DNA of 64,000 nucleotides from Mustelus asterias (taxonomy: Eukaryota). Below, in pieces: positions 1-11,349 of this stretch (position 1 is its first letter; each line of letters starts with the position of its first letter). The notes under the pieces are model-generated. The model did no database searches and was not told the origin of the DNA. It worked only from the letters and a program-made list of their open reading frames with translations. Made by a program: the position numbers and the translations under genes. Where the stretch lies: positions 13,516,001 through 13,580,000 of the forward strand of contig NC_135808.1 of assembly GCF_964213995.1 (NCBI RefSeq), in the 5' to 3' direction.

Positions 1-1042
1 AACCAATGCCACTTTTCATGCCTGCTCCCCAGATCCCTTGGACAGAATTTTGCACGGGCCAGATTTCGGGGCACCGTGATGGGGCCATAAAATTCCACCT
101 TTGATTCTCTGAGAGACCAAAAGTCTGTCTGTCCCACCCTCGAATGTATTCCAGGGCTTGCTGGCTACAGAAGAACCCAGACACTGGTGCACACGAGCCA
201 GTGTGTATCACTGCTGGTTCCCCACCTCCGATAAACCGGAAGGCTTTGCGGCAGCATGGGCAGCTAGTCTTTAAACCAACCCCCAAAATGATATGAAAAT
301 GTGCAACCAGCATTGACCATCCCAATGTAACATAGACAAAACAAAACGACACTCCTGAGTTCAGACAAGATACAACACTAACACTCGCCAAGTTCCAACA
401 GCATGCTGGTCAATTTAATGCATCTGTTAAGGTGTCTAAATGATTTCCAATACTGTATTGATAGCTGTAAATATTTGTATTTGTATTTATTGTGTTTACT
501 GACTGCCTCATTGTTAATTAAATCAGTTGCTTTATTACTTGTACCATGCCTATTATTTATTCCACCTCTTATTTTGCTCCCCATCTCATGACCCAGGTTT
601 GAAATTTTCACCCTTGGTTTGAAATCCCTTCATTTCGCCTCCTCCGATCTCCTCCAGCTTTGCATTTAACGTCTCCATGCTCCTCCAAAAATGGGCTGAT
701 TTTACGTGAGCCAAGTAATAATTCACTCGTCACACGGGCAAAACGGGTGGACCAGCAGTACGCTTTCATCAACTTGTCATCCAAGGGCGGGAGGGATAAA
801 ACCTCCTTGGAGTACAAGCACATTTCATTCTTCTTGTGAGTTTGCTGCTGTCTCAGATCAGAGTTGTAGCAGATTTCTTTTTGATTTTGATAATATTTCA
901 AGCCTGACTAGCTTTGTTTCAGGACCTCATCTTCCCTGGAAGGTTAGCTTAAGAATTCTGCACAGTGCATCCTTAATTATAAGGCATGTGCCCTTGTGCA
1001 TCTTGTCTACTGGGGACAGTGTACTCAGCTGGTGGAACCTTC

Positions 1043-1290
1043 TTGAAGAGGAAGAGAGGGGCAGGAGGGGTATTGAGCATCTCACCACCCATTCTTCAAT
1101 GCTCCGCCGCATTGTGGCTTCTCCTCCTGATATAGAATTCGACACTGGTCTCCCTCTCCCTGAAGGTCCATTCCAGCTTGTACTCCCCCTCCCCCCCCAC
1201 CCCTTACCTACTGCCATTAGTAGGGCACATCACACTGGCACAACTCATCCATGCACTGACACCAAGCATGCTGACATCACAGCCTTGGCA
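1043..1290 (+). repeat. Left arm of 248-bp inverted duplication (partner 4163-4410)
   Basis: Reverse complement of 4163-4410; the ORF track shows the same peptides on opposite strands (MAVGKGWGG... at 927-1217 minus and 4236-4436 plus). Confidence 0.92.
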
Positions 1291-1909
1291 GTACAGGGCA
1301 CCCGACTAGACCTCTCCATACAGTTCCATGCCACCTCCACACTTACCCTTGATGATCGCAGAAGATCATTGAACCTTTTGCATCACTGAAGTCACGTGTG
1401 GCACACCATGTCACACGTGACCCCTGCCCGTGCCTTTTTAGTCAATTAGGGCAGCATTCTCTTGCCGTCCCGGTTATGAGTATGTCCTGCCTGGCACTGA
1501 CCTCTTCCATCAGGACTCCCATGGCTCTCATCCAAAATCTATTGTTCATGTTTCTCACAACTCCCTCTGCTTCTCCACGTGCAGTGGATGCCAGAACATT
1601 AAACAATTTAAGGAGGAGATAGATTAATTAGTAGTGGGATGATAGGTTATGGGGAGCGACCAGGAGAGTAGACAGTGGAGATGAGGCTGAGATGAGATCA
1701 GCCATAATCATATTGAATAGTGGAGCAGGCTCGAGGGGCTGAATTGCCGACTCCTACTCCTCGTTGTCATGACCTTATAAAAAGCACGTAGACGTATGTG
1801 CTAGAAATAGAAAAGTGTACCAGTCATTCACTGAATAACTAGGTGCCACAATAGAAGAAAGGGTTCCATCAAACAATAACCTTAGTACTGCAAACAGATG
1901 GGGCGATGG

Positions 1910-2480
1910 CATAATCCAGAGGTCCAGGTGAATGCACTGGGGACATGTGTTCAAATCACAGCAGCTGGTAGTATTTAAGTACCATTCATGACATTTGGAA
2001 AATAAAATTTGTCTCAGTAATGGCGACAATTAAACTGCCATCAAATATCAATACAAAGCCCACCTGCTTTAACTAAGATGTGGAGATGCCGGCATTGGAC
2101 TGGGGTTGGCACAGTGAGAAGTCTCACAACACCAAGTTAAAGTCCAACAGATTTATTTGGTAGCACGTGCTTTCGAAATGCTGCTCCTTCATCAGGTGAG
2201 TGGAGACTCACTTGATGAAGGGGCCGCGCTCCGAAAACTTGTGCGACCAAATAAACCTGTTGGACTTTAACCTGGTGTGTGAGACTTGTTATTGTGCTTT
2301 AACTAAAGTCCTTGAAGGAAGTCTGTAGAGCTCTGGCCTACATGTGACTCCAGGCCCCCAGCAATGTGGTTGACTCTTAACTGCTGTGTGCAATGGCTTC
2401 GTGTCCCTTTCAGTTCAAGGGCAGTTAGGGATCGGCAGCAAAGATTTGCATTGAGTGACAATGTCAGCCACATCTCAGGA
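1910..2480 (+). mobile_element. Degenerate tRNA-derived SINE (family 2) interrupted by a Penelope foldback insertion
   Basis: Matches the 20514-20865 SINE (ctggcctacatgtgactccag...gcaatgtggttgactctt...agggcagttaggga); split at 2077-2294. Confidence 0.7.
2077..2294. mobile_element. Penelope-like terminal-repeat foldback insertion with 12-bp TSD
   Basis: Two head-to-head copies of the PLE terminal repeat centred near 2200, each with a degenerate hammerhead; flanked by tgctttaactaa at 2065-2076 and 2295-2306. Confidence 0.85.
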
Positions 2481-2561
2481 AGAAATAAAATAAGATGCAA
2501 ATTTCTCAGATATGCTGATTGTTGACTCTTTTAACTTCTGCCAGAAAATTCTCAATTCAGT

Positions 2562-2785
2562 TTAAAGTTTATTTATTAGTGTCACAAGTAGGCTCACATT
2601 AACATTGCAATGAACTTACTGTGAAAATCCCTTAGTCGCCACACTCCAGCATCTGTTTGGGTACACTGAGAGAGAATTTAGCATGGCCAATGCACCCTAA
2701 CCTGCACATCTTTCAGACTGTGGGAGGAAACTGGAGCACCCGGAGGATAACCACACAGACACGGGGAGAACGCGCAGATTCTGCA
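2562..2785 (-). mobile_element. HE1/V-SINE, tail type B, partial
   Basis: V-domain core plus ...cacagtaagttcattgcaatgttaatgtgagcctacttgtgacactaataaata tail on the minus strand. Confidence 0.85.
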
Positions 2786-4162
2786 ATTAAAACATTGATG
2801 TTTGAAAGATCAGAAGCTTCTTGAATACTTTATATAAAACTATTCTTCTGATGTGGATCAAAGTGGCTAAAGATTCAAGTAATTCACGTCTCTTGAATAC
2901 AACAGAGTCAAATGGTCATTTGAATTTTTTGTCCGCAGACAGCTGGGAGGGAGTTAGGAGTGGAACTGATGAGTGTGGGGGGCCGGTGGAAGGCGAGGAC
3001 AGGGCTGTGAGGAGAGGGGAAGTGGTAGTGAGGATTTCGCAATGAGAGAAGGGACAGAATGTTCCCAATTTTAGGCAGAGTGGTGTAGCAGGTGGGAAAA
3101 GCGGCGTGGAATTTGCCGACTCCAGCTGGTGCTTTCTCCATCATGTTGTTCAACTCATAGCCGAGAAAAGATTAAGAGGGTGGGACCCACAACATAACAC
3201 TGGATCAACCCGCCAACAACTTGGGTTTAAAAAGCTCGGGGGGTCCTTTTACAAAAAATTTAAATTCGCACCCTGCCCCCCTATTCCAACAACCTCACCC
3301 CAAGCCAACAGGCATCTCTCCTTCCCCTTCTCCACCCTGAACTCCCTCCCCTCATGGAACACACTTCCCCATGGAGTTAAGATCAGAAGACCATAAGACA
3401 TTGGAGCAGAATTAGGCCACTCGGCCCATCGAGTCTGCTCCGCCATTCAATCCTGGCTGATATTTTTCACCTCCCCCTGCAATGATCATCCCCCGCTGGC
3501 ACTCCCTCCTCCCGGCACTGCCTCCTGGCACTGCCCAGGCATGACCTTCCCCCTCCACCCCCAAAGCGATGAACTCACCTGAACCCCTCTGGCAGGTTCT
3601 GCTCAGCAGGTGTACACCGTACAAGGCCTGGCCTGATCCAATTGTTGTCTCTTCACACCAACAGGAATGGCTGATCTAATGGGGGCAGTGGGGGGTTTAT
3701 CTGGAGCAGAGGCCTGATAATTACATTTAAATTTATCCTCATGGTATCCTGACATTGATCATTGGGATTCCCGATACATCATTGGCGGTCCGGGGACCAC
3801 GGCTATTCCCTAAATCATGTTTCGGGCCTCCAGAGGGATTTTCTCCTCCCACCCCTTGAAAGCAGGAGTGGAAAATTTTAACCAAGTCGTGGCGAAAGAA
3901 GGCAAGGAGTTAGGGGAAGGTGGGGAAGGAGAGGGGGAGGCGAGGTGGGCAGTTGAAGAGAAGGTTGAGGATGTGGGGGTGATGAGGGGAGGCAGGGTCT
4001 TGAGGAGGTGAGGAGTTGAGGGGAAGGTGCCAAGATGCAGTGAGATGTGAGGAATGGAGAGGCAGAGAGGGATGGGCCGGAGAGAAAGCAGAGGGACCGA
4101 GAGGGTGAGGGAGGAAGCGATGTGTTCGTGGAGGAAAAGAGTTGGGAGCAGGGAAGGAGTAG

Positions 4163-4410
4163 TGCCAAGGCTGTGATGTCAGCATGCTTGGTGTCAGTGC
4201 ATGGATGAGTTGTGCCAGTGTGATGTGCCCTACTAATGGCAGTAGGTAAGGGGTGGGGGGGGAGGGGGAGTACAAGCTGGAATGGACCTTCAGGGAGAGG
4301 GAGACCAGTGTCGAATTCTATATCAGGAGGAGAAGCCACAATGCGGCGGAGCATTGAAGAATGGGTGGTGAGATGCTCAATACCCCTCCTGCCCCTCTCT
4401 TCCTCTTCAA
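4163..4410 (-). repeat. Right arm of 248-bp inverted duplication (partner 1043-1290)
   Basis: No mismatch seen by eye against the left arm; both arms are 248 bp. Confidence 0.92.
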
Positions 4411-4439
4411 AAAGGGGTGAGCAGAGAGCGAGATGAGAA

Positions 4440-5480
4440 ACGGAGGTAGAGGAGGAGAGGGTGGGAGGTAGAGGAGGAGAGGGTGGGAGGGGAGGAGAGG
4501 GTGGGAGGGGAGGAGAGGGTGGGAGGGGAGGAGAGGGTGGGAGGGGAGGAGAGGGTGGGAAGCAAGGAGAGGGTGCGAGTGGCTAGTGGGATCAGGGCGG
4601 GGGAGATGGGGGTGGGTAAGGTTATCAGGGATGGGGGTGGGTAAGGGTATCAGGGAGGGGGAATGGGGAGTGGGTAAGGGTATCAGGGAGGGGGGATGGG
4701 AGTGGGTAAGGGTATCAGGGAGGGGGGATGGGAGTGGGTAAGGGTATCAGGGAGGGGAGATGCGGGTGGGTAAGGGTATCAGGGAGGAGGGATGGGGAGT
4801 GGGTAAGGGTATCAGGGAGGGGGGATGGGAGTGGGTAAGGGTATCAGGGAGGGGGGATGGGAGTGGGTAAGGGTATCAGGGAGGGGAGATGGGGGTGGGT
4901 AAGGGTATCAGGGAGGGGAGATGGGGGTGGGTAAGGGTATCAGGGAGGGGAGATGCGGGTGGGTAAGGGTATCAGGGAGGGGGGATGGGGGTGGGTAAGG
5001 GTATCAGGGAGGGGGGATGGGGAGTGGGTAAGGGTATCAGGGAGGGGGGATGGGGAGTGGGTAAGGGTATCAGGGAGGGGGGATGGGGAGTGGGTAAGGG
5101 TATCAGGGAGGGGGGATGGGGTGGGTAAGGGTATCAGGGAGGGGGGATGGGGGTGGGTAAGGGTATCAGGGATGGGGGTGGGTAATGGTATCGGAGGGGG
5201 CAAGGGGGTGGGTAAGGGTATCAGGGAGAGGGGATGGGGAGTGGGTAAGGGTATCAGGGAGGGGGGGATGGGGAGTGGGTAAGGGTATCAGGGAGGGGGG
5301 ATGGGGGTGGGTAAGGGTATCAGGGAGGAGGGATGGGGAGTGGGTAAGGGTATCAGGGAGGGGGCATGGGAGTGGGTAAGGGTATCAGGGAGGGGGCATG
5401 GGAGTGGGTAAGGATATCAGGGAGGGGATGGGGAGTGGGTAAGGGTATCAGGGAGGGGAGATCGGGGTGTGTAAGGGTAA
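4440..5480 (+). repeat. G-rich minisatellite: 18-bp gggaggagagggtgggag units, then roughly 28 copies of a 31-32 bp unit gggtaagggtatcagggaggggggatgggg(a)gt
   Basis: Direct reading; produces the low-complexity ORFs at 4940-5547. Copy number is an estimate. Confidence 0.95.
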
Positions 5481-6207
5481 GAATAAGGAGGGGTGTCTGA
5501 GACCCAGTGTTCCTTTCAATTGCTGCAATAAGGCTTTTTTTCTTCATTTTTGTGTCATTATCAAAGCCTGGGGGAGAGGAATCAGAGCACAGGCCATTGT
5601 TACTGCCGCACCGCTCAGTGAAAGGTCATAATTAACAGAGAATCCGCCTATATCAACACGCACAAGCCCCTCCAGCCTGCTCCGACAGTAAGTTTGATCT
5701 GATCCGCTCTGTGTATCCCATAACCTGGCCATAGCAGGAAGCTACCGGGAGTGCTCGCTCTGTGTATATATAATACGTTGTAAATAATGAAGCTTGGTGA
5801 CGGGACTTTCGCCTCCATAGAGTTATTTCAGTGTTGTCACATGGGCAGCTGTTCTGCATTAGTAACCTCTGCTCCTACACCCCCTCCCCAGCCTGTGTGT
5901 GCTCCTGACCTAACTGCAGCTCCAATCCACACTGATCCATCCAGGGATTGGCCCTTCCTCCTTTTAATTCTCAGAATGCTGTTTCTCTCCAGCAGTGTGG
6001 GGTGATCACATTGAGATTGAAAGCAGCTCAAGTGTGTCTGGAATTGGTGGTTGAACAGTTTGTGGAGGGCCTGTTTTTTCTGAATTTCTGTATTCCTGTG
6101 TTTCCACTGCTGCACGATGGGAGTGACGTTTAAATTAAATGTGTTTCTCCAATAAAGATTCTAACATAGCTCTGGTACACAGTTCGGGGGAGAGGTTGAG
6201 GCCCATC

Positions 6208-6532
6208 GGGGCAGCACGGTGGCACAGTGGTTAGCACTGCTGCCTCACAGCGCCAGGGACCCCGGGGTCGTTTCCGGGCTCGGGTTACTGTCTGTGCGGA
6301 GTTTGTACATTCTCCCCGTGTCTGTGTGGGTTTCCTCCGGGTGCTCCGGTTTCCTCTCACACTCCCAAGATGTGTGGGTTAGGTTGATTTGGCCATGGCA
6401 AATTGCCCCTTCGTGTCAGAGGGACTAGCAGGCTAAATACATGGGGTTAAGTGGATAGGGCCTGGGTGGAATTGTGGTAGTGCAGGCTCGATGGGCCAAA
6501 TGGCCTCCGTCTGCACTGTAGTGATTCTACAA
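6208..6532 (+). mobile_element. HE1/V-SINE, full length, CR1-like tail (type A)
   Basis: tRNA-like head ggcagcacggtggcacagtggttagcactgctgcctcacagcgccagggaccc, V-core gtgggtttcctccgggtgctccggtttcctc, tail gatgggccaaatggcctcc. Confidence 0.9.
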
Positions 6533-6864
6533 TACTGGATTTAAATCATCGGTTGTTTTCTTTATATGATCTGTTCTTTGCTGCCTTACAGGAAAGCTTC
6601 TGTCTGGAATAAACCAGAAAATTTCAAAAATAAATGAGCAGTTTAAATTCCAACCACATTTATTTTTGGAATTTTCTGTCATGCGATGATTATACTAAGC
6701 TGCTGATTTCAGTCAAATACTAACAGCCATGATTAATGTTCCCCATCACAAACTTCCTTAATGTCATTCTGCAAATGTGTTTCTTCTCTCATTTTGTTTC
6801 TTTCCCTGGGGCATGAACCGTCGCTGGGAGATTGGATTACACAGAATTTAAAGTTTAAAACTTT

Positions 6865-7137
6865 AATGTTTATTTATTTATGAGTCACAAGTAAGGCTCA
6901 CATTAACACTGCAATGAAGCCACTGTGAAATTCGCCCAGTCGACAGACTTCGGTGCCTGTTTGGGTCAATACGCCTAACCAGCACATCTTCTGGACTATG
7001 GGAGGAAACCAGAGCATCCAGAGAAAACTCATGCAGTCATAGGGAGAACATGCAAACTCCGCACAGACAGTGACCCAAGTTGGGAATCAAACCCAGGTTC
7101 CTGGTGCTGTGAGGCAGCAGTGCGAACCACTGTGCAA
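6865..7137 (-). mobile_element. HE1/V-SINE, type B tail
   Basis: Head, V-core and type B tail on the minus strand. Confidence 0.85.
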
Positions 7138-7899
7138 CCAAATACAGAAACAGGCCCTTCGGCCCCAATGAAGTATCTTTCATGCTCCACATGATTTAGC
7201 TCCGACATTATATCCTGGAGCACAGCTATAAACTCCCCCCTCCTCCCCACCCCGCCCCCCCTTCCACCTTTCCACTCCCAGAGGAACAACAAGTAGTCAC
7301 AGGGAAGGGCAGCGTGGCTAATTCCGTCATCGCTTCACAATATATGCTCATCCACAGGCCACCGGAATACCTTGCTTCCTCGCTTAGCGGCACTGAGGAC
7401 CATTCTGGAAAAACTCAGCAGGGATGTAACAGGCTGTATGAGCGAGGTATCCTTCGCTCTAGAAACCAGCATTATCCTTTTCAAAACAATGTCTAACAAG
7501 GCAATAGGGGGGCCAGCTTTCCCCCTTCCACTTCCTGCATGTCCAGTTACACAATTGGCAAGCTCAGAAGCATAAATATTCAACAACTGTAAGCTTCCAG
7601 GAAACTGGTGAAAACAGGTCAGTTAGTCCCGCCCATATAGAAGCCACCCCAACAGAAACTGCCATGATGATGAGAGCTGTAGTTAAAGTAGAAGCAGGCA
7701 AATTCTGCTCAATGCAGAAGCTGTTCTCCAATCTGACCCTGTTTTAACAATTGAAAATTAAGATGACCCCAGAATCCAGTAATAAAGCAACAAGGTAACA
7801 CTCAGTATATAATCCTTAAAGTTTGTGTTTCATAGATCAACTTGAGTTTTGAAGTAATTTGTAAAATATATTATTTTATATTTTCATGTAGTTTCATAT

Positions 7900-8345
7900 T
7901 TTCATATGAGGAGCGATCAAGTTGGTGAGGATTACATTCACTGGAGTTTAGAAGAGTGAGAGGGGAATCTCATAGAAACTTATAAAATTCTAACAGGGTT
8001 AGACAGGGTAGATTCAGAAGGAATGTTCCCAATGGTGGGGGAGACCAGAACTAGGGGGTCACAGTTTGAGGATAACGGGTAAACCTTTTAGGGCTGAGGT
8101 GAGGAGAAATTTCTTCACCCGGAGGGTGGTGAATGTGTGGAATTCACAACCACAGAGAGTAGTTGAGGCCAAAATGTTGTCTGATTTCAAGGAGAAATTT
8201 GATATAGCTCTTGGGGCTAAAGGGTTCAAGCGGGGGGGAAGGGGGATCAGAATATTGAATTTGATGATCAGCCATGATCAAAATGAATGACGGAGCAGAC
8301 TTGAAGGGCCAAATGGTCTACTCCTGCTTTTAGTTTCTATGTTTT
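7900..8345 (+). mobile_element. CR1-clade LINE 3' fragment
   Basis: ORF2 C-terminal motif RRNFFTRRVVNVWNS and typical 3' UTR (gatcagccatgat...ggtctactcctgct). Confidence 0.85.
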
Positions 8346-8640
8346 AGCCGATATCTCTATATTCCTGAGTAAGGGAAGACTCAGTGTATACTCCCACCTC
8401 ACATACTGTGATCAGCCCATTTCCCCATTAAATATCACTCATGTTCTGCCAGTTTGGACGTTTCTGCCGCCTTTCCAATTACCTCGTGAAGGGCGGACTC
8501 CTGCTCCAATCTCTCTGCTGGGACATCAAGAACATGGAGACATCATTAGTGAAAGAAATTCTCTGCTGCTGTGTTGATATTACTGTCCGCCATGGTTCAA
8601 TAGGTGGTACATTTGCTCTCTGTTTTAAAGGTGTGGACAT

Positions 8641-8920
8641 GGGTACAGTAGCACAGTGGTTAACACTGCTTCCTCACGGTGCCAGGGACTCAGGTTCGAT
8701 TCCCAGTTTGGGTCACTGTCTGTGCAGAGTTCTCCCTGTGTCTGCGTGGATTTCTTCTGGGTGCTCCGGTTTCCTCCCACAACCGAAAGACATCCTGGTT
8801 AGGTGCATCGGCCATGCTAAATTCTCCCTCAATGTACCTGAACAGGCACCAGAGTGTGGCGACTAGGGGATTTTCACAGTAACTTCATTGCAGTGTAAAT
8901 GTAAGCCTACTTGTGACAAT
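8641..8920 (+). mobile_element. HE1/V-SINE, type B tail
   Basis: Head, V-core and ggattttcacagtaacttcattgcagtgtaaatgtaagcctacttgtgaca tail. Confidence 0.88.
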
Positions 8921-9777
8921 CTATTCTGACACTCTCAGTGCCAAACTGCAGGGGCGCTGCACTGCCTAAGGTACTGTCTTTCAGATGAGACTAAAACTGT
9001 GGCATTGCCCACATTCCCAGGTCGATATAAAAGATCCCTCAGTAATATTTGGAGGAAGAGGAAGAGGTTTCTCTGATGTGGAACATTTATTTCTCAACTG
9101 ACCATTAAAAATAGAAATAAACAGAAATGCTTCATTGGTCATAAGGGTAATCCTAAGGTTGTGGAGGGCGCTAAATAAATGCAAGCTCTGTCTTAGGTTC
9201 TGATCTCCTTCCAGCTCTGAACCCATGACCTCCTGAGACAGAGGCTGAGAGTACAACTCACTGATCCATAGCTGACAATTAGTGAGGCTTTACATGCTGA
9301 CTGCTGCAGGAAAACAGAGCCGCTGTTTGGACAGTCACAAAGGTGAGGTTTGGTGGAATATTGCTCTGTGCCAGCAGCGGGATCCCTGTGAATTGACAAC
9401 CTGTTCCTATCCTTTGTGCTGTTTGCTTTTCCGATGGGTTCAGTGGAAAGAAAATGGGAATCCATGAGTTGGTCCAATGTTGCTGCTGCAGACAAATCTC
9501 AACAGAAATGTAATCAGTTGTAACTTCCATCCCCGTTCCCCTTAGACTGAATGACGCCTCGGCATCTGGTGATTGTTTGTGTTGCTAAGTGTAACGCCAG
9601 CGTTTCCCAGCTTCAAACCTATCCGTTCCACCTGTTATTGTCACAGACACACATCTTTTATTTATTGCTGATAAGACAGCCCTGCTGTTTAATCCACAGG
9701 ATTTAGGATTCAGACAGTTGGCAATTGTTCGGGGGGGAGATGCGAGGGGGTGGTACTGCGGGAGGCATATTGTGTGG

Positions 9778-10125
9778 ACAGCCTCAAACGGGATCTTGGG
9801 TTCATGTCACACTATCTGTAACCCCCACGACTTGCCTGGACTTGCAAAATCTCACTAGCTGTCCTGTCTGGAGACAATACGCATCTCTTTAACCTGTGCT
9901 TAATGCTCTCTCCACTTCCATTGTCTGTACCTTTAAGACTTGATTACCTGTAAAGAATCGCATTCCAATCATTATTCTGTAAATTGAGTTTGTGTCTCTG
10001 TGCCCTGTTTGTGAGCAGATCTCCCACTCCACCTGATGAAGGAGCAGCGCTCCGAAAGCTAGTGTGGCTTTTGCTACCAAATAAACCTGTTGGACTTTAA
10101 CCTGGTGTTGTTAAACTTCTTACTG
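9778..10125 (+). mobile_element. Penelope-like element 3' end (end of GIY-YIG ORF plus terminal repeat)
   Basis: Near-identical to 30880-31226. Confidence 0.88.
10030..10064 (+). ncRNA. Minimal type I hammerhead ribozyme motif in PLE terminal repeat
   Basis: CAC-CTGATGA-A-GGAGC-agc-GCTCC-GAAA-GC-TA^GTG: stem I CAC/GTG, core CUGANGA and GAAA, stem II 5 bp, palindromic AGCT stem III. Confidence 0.8.
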
Positions 10126-10371
10126 TTTTTAGACTTCACATTGTTCACAGTTCTTTCAACAAAAAGATATAGAACCTTAAAGTGGTTAAAAACAGAAAGG
10201 AAGGCTATTCTTCAATCGTGCCCATGTTAGTCCTCTACAGGAGCAAACCCCTCCCCACCCCCCACCCCCACTACCCACTGTTACTCTATGTTATTGCCAC
10301 CAATTTCCGATTTAATGTCATGTTGAATTTGCCTCCGACACACAGGCAGTGCAGTTCCAATCCTAACCCTT

Positions 10372-10475
10372 CACACTCACACCACCACACAAACTCCACA
10401 CACACACTCCACTCATACACACACACACTCACACATACACTCCACTCACACACACTCCACTCACGCACACACACA
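10372..10475 (+). repeat. Degenerate (CA)n microsatellite abutting the assembly gap
   Basis: Direct reading. Confidence 0.9.
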
Positions 10476-10638
10476 NNNNNNNNNNNNNNNNNNNNNNNNN
10501 NNNNNNNNNNNNNNNNNNNNNNNNNNNNNNNNNNNNNNNNNNNNNNNNNNNNNNNNNNNNNNNNNNNNNNNNNNNNNNNNNNNNNNNNNNNNNNNNNNNN
10601 NNNNNNNNNNNNNNNNNNNNNNNNNNNNNNNNNNNNNN
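10476..10638. other. Assembly gap (163 N)
   Basis: Run of n characters. Confidence 0.99.
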
Positions 10639-11234
10639 AAAATCTGTCTGCATAACTGAAGTCCTTCATCCATGGAACTGACCTTAATAATCTTTTCAGC
10701 ACCTTCTCCAAAGACTTCGTATTCTTCTGAAAGTGAGATGTCCAGAATCGGACAAAATACTCAAAAAAGGTTCCTTTGGCAGCACCTTCCAAACCCATGG
10801 CCACCATCATCTAGGAGGACACATGGGAACACCCCCACCTGGAAGTTCCCCACCAGGTCACTCACCATCCAAACTTGGAAATATATTGACCATTCCTTCA
10901 ATGTCGCCGGGTCAAAATCCTGGGTGGGATTTTGGAGAGGGTCTGGGTGGAACTTTTTTTGGAGAGTCAGTACAGGCTTGGTGGGCCGAATGGCCTCTTT
11001 CTGGACTGTAAGGATTCTATGAATTAGAGATAAGCAAAAAAATGCTGGCTTAGACCAGTGAAGCCCTTGAATGAATAAAACAGAAATTCCTGCTATCCAA
11101 GAGGTTAAGTGCAACTCTTTTGCTAGTCTCACTCTCTAAGTATAAAGCTCAGGATTCTGTTTGCCTTTGAAAACACTTTCTCAGCTGCCCCTCCACTTTC
11201 TCCGATTTGTGCACATGTACCCCGAGATCTATCT

Positions 11235-11345
11235 ACCCCTCCCTTCACTGCGGCCACGATTGTGGCTGGGTAGCCCGAGAGCGGGAGGATACGGTATCCA
11301 CCAGCACGCTTCAGGCCTTCCACTGGAAGCTGGAGTGCATCATCA
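11235..11345 (+). mobile_element. Degenerate Tx1/L1-clade ORF2 C-terminal fragment
   Basis: Resembles the ...LEAFRDRWAPQGLECII end also seen at 57282-57471. Confidence 0.5.
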
Positions 11346-11349
11346 GGTA

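Noticed and set aside
706-1389. 227-aa plus-strand ORF
   Set aside because: Non-ATG start, no recognisable domain, and it runs through one arm of the inverted duplication. Possible splice sites near 836 and 924 gave no convincing gene model.
4940-5547. Repetitive ORFs (WVRVSGRG / PDTLTH)
   Set aside because: Translations of the G-rich minisatellite.
6208-6290. tRNA-like heads (tggcacagtggttagca...ggttcgattcc) at about 20 sites
   Set aside because: These are SINE heads continuing into the V-core, not tRNA genes.
10182-10810. ORFs spanning the N run
   Set aside because: Artefacts of the assembly gap and the (CA)n repeat.
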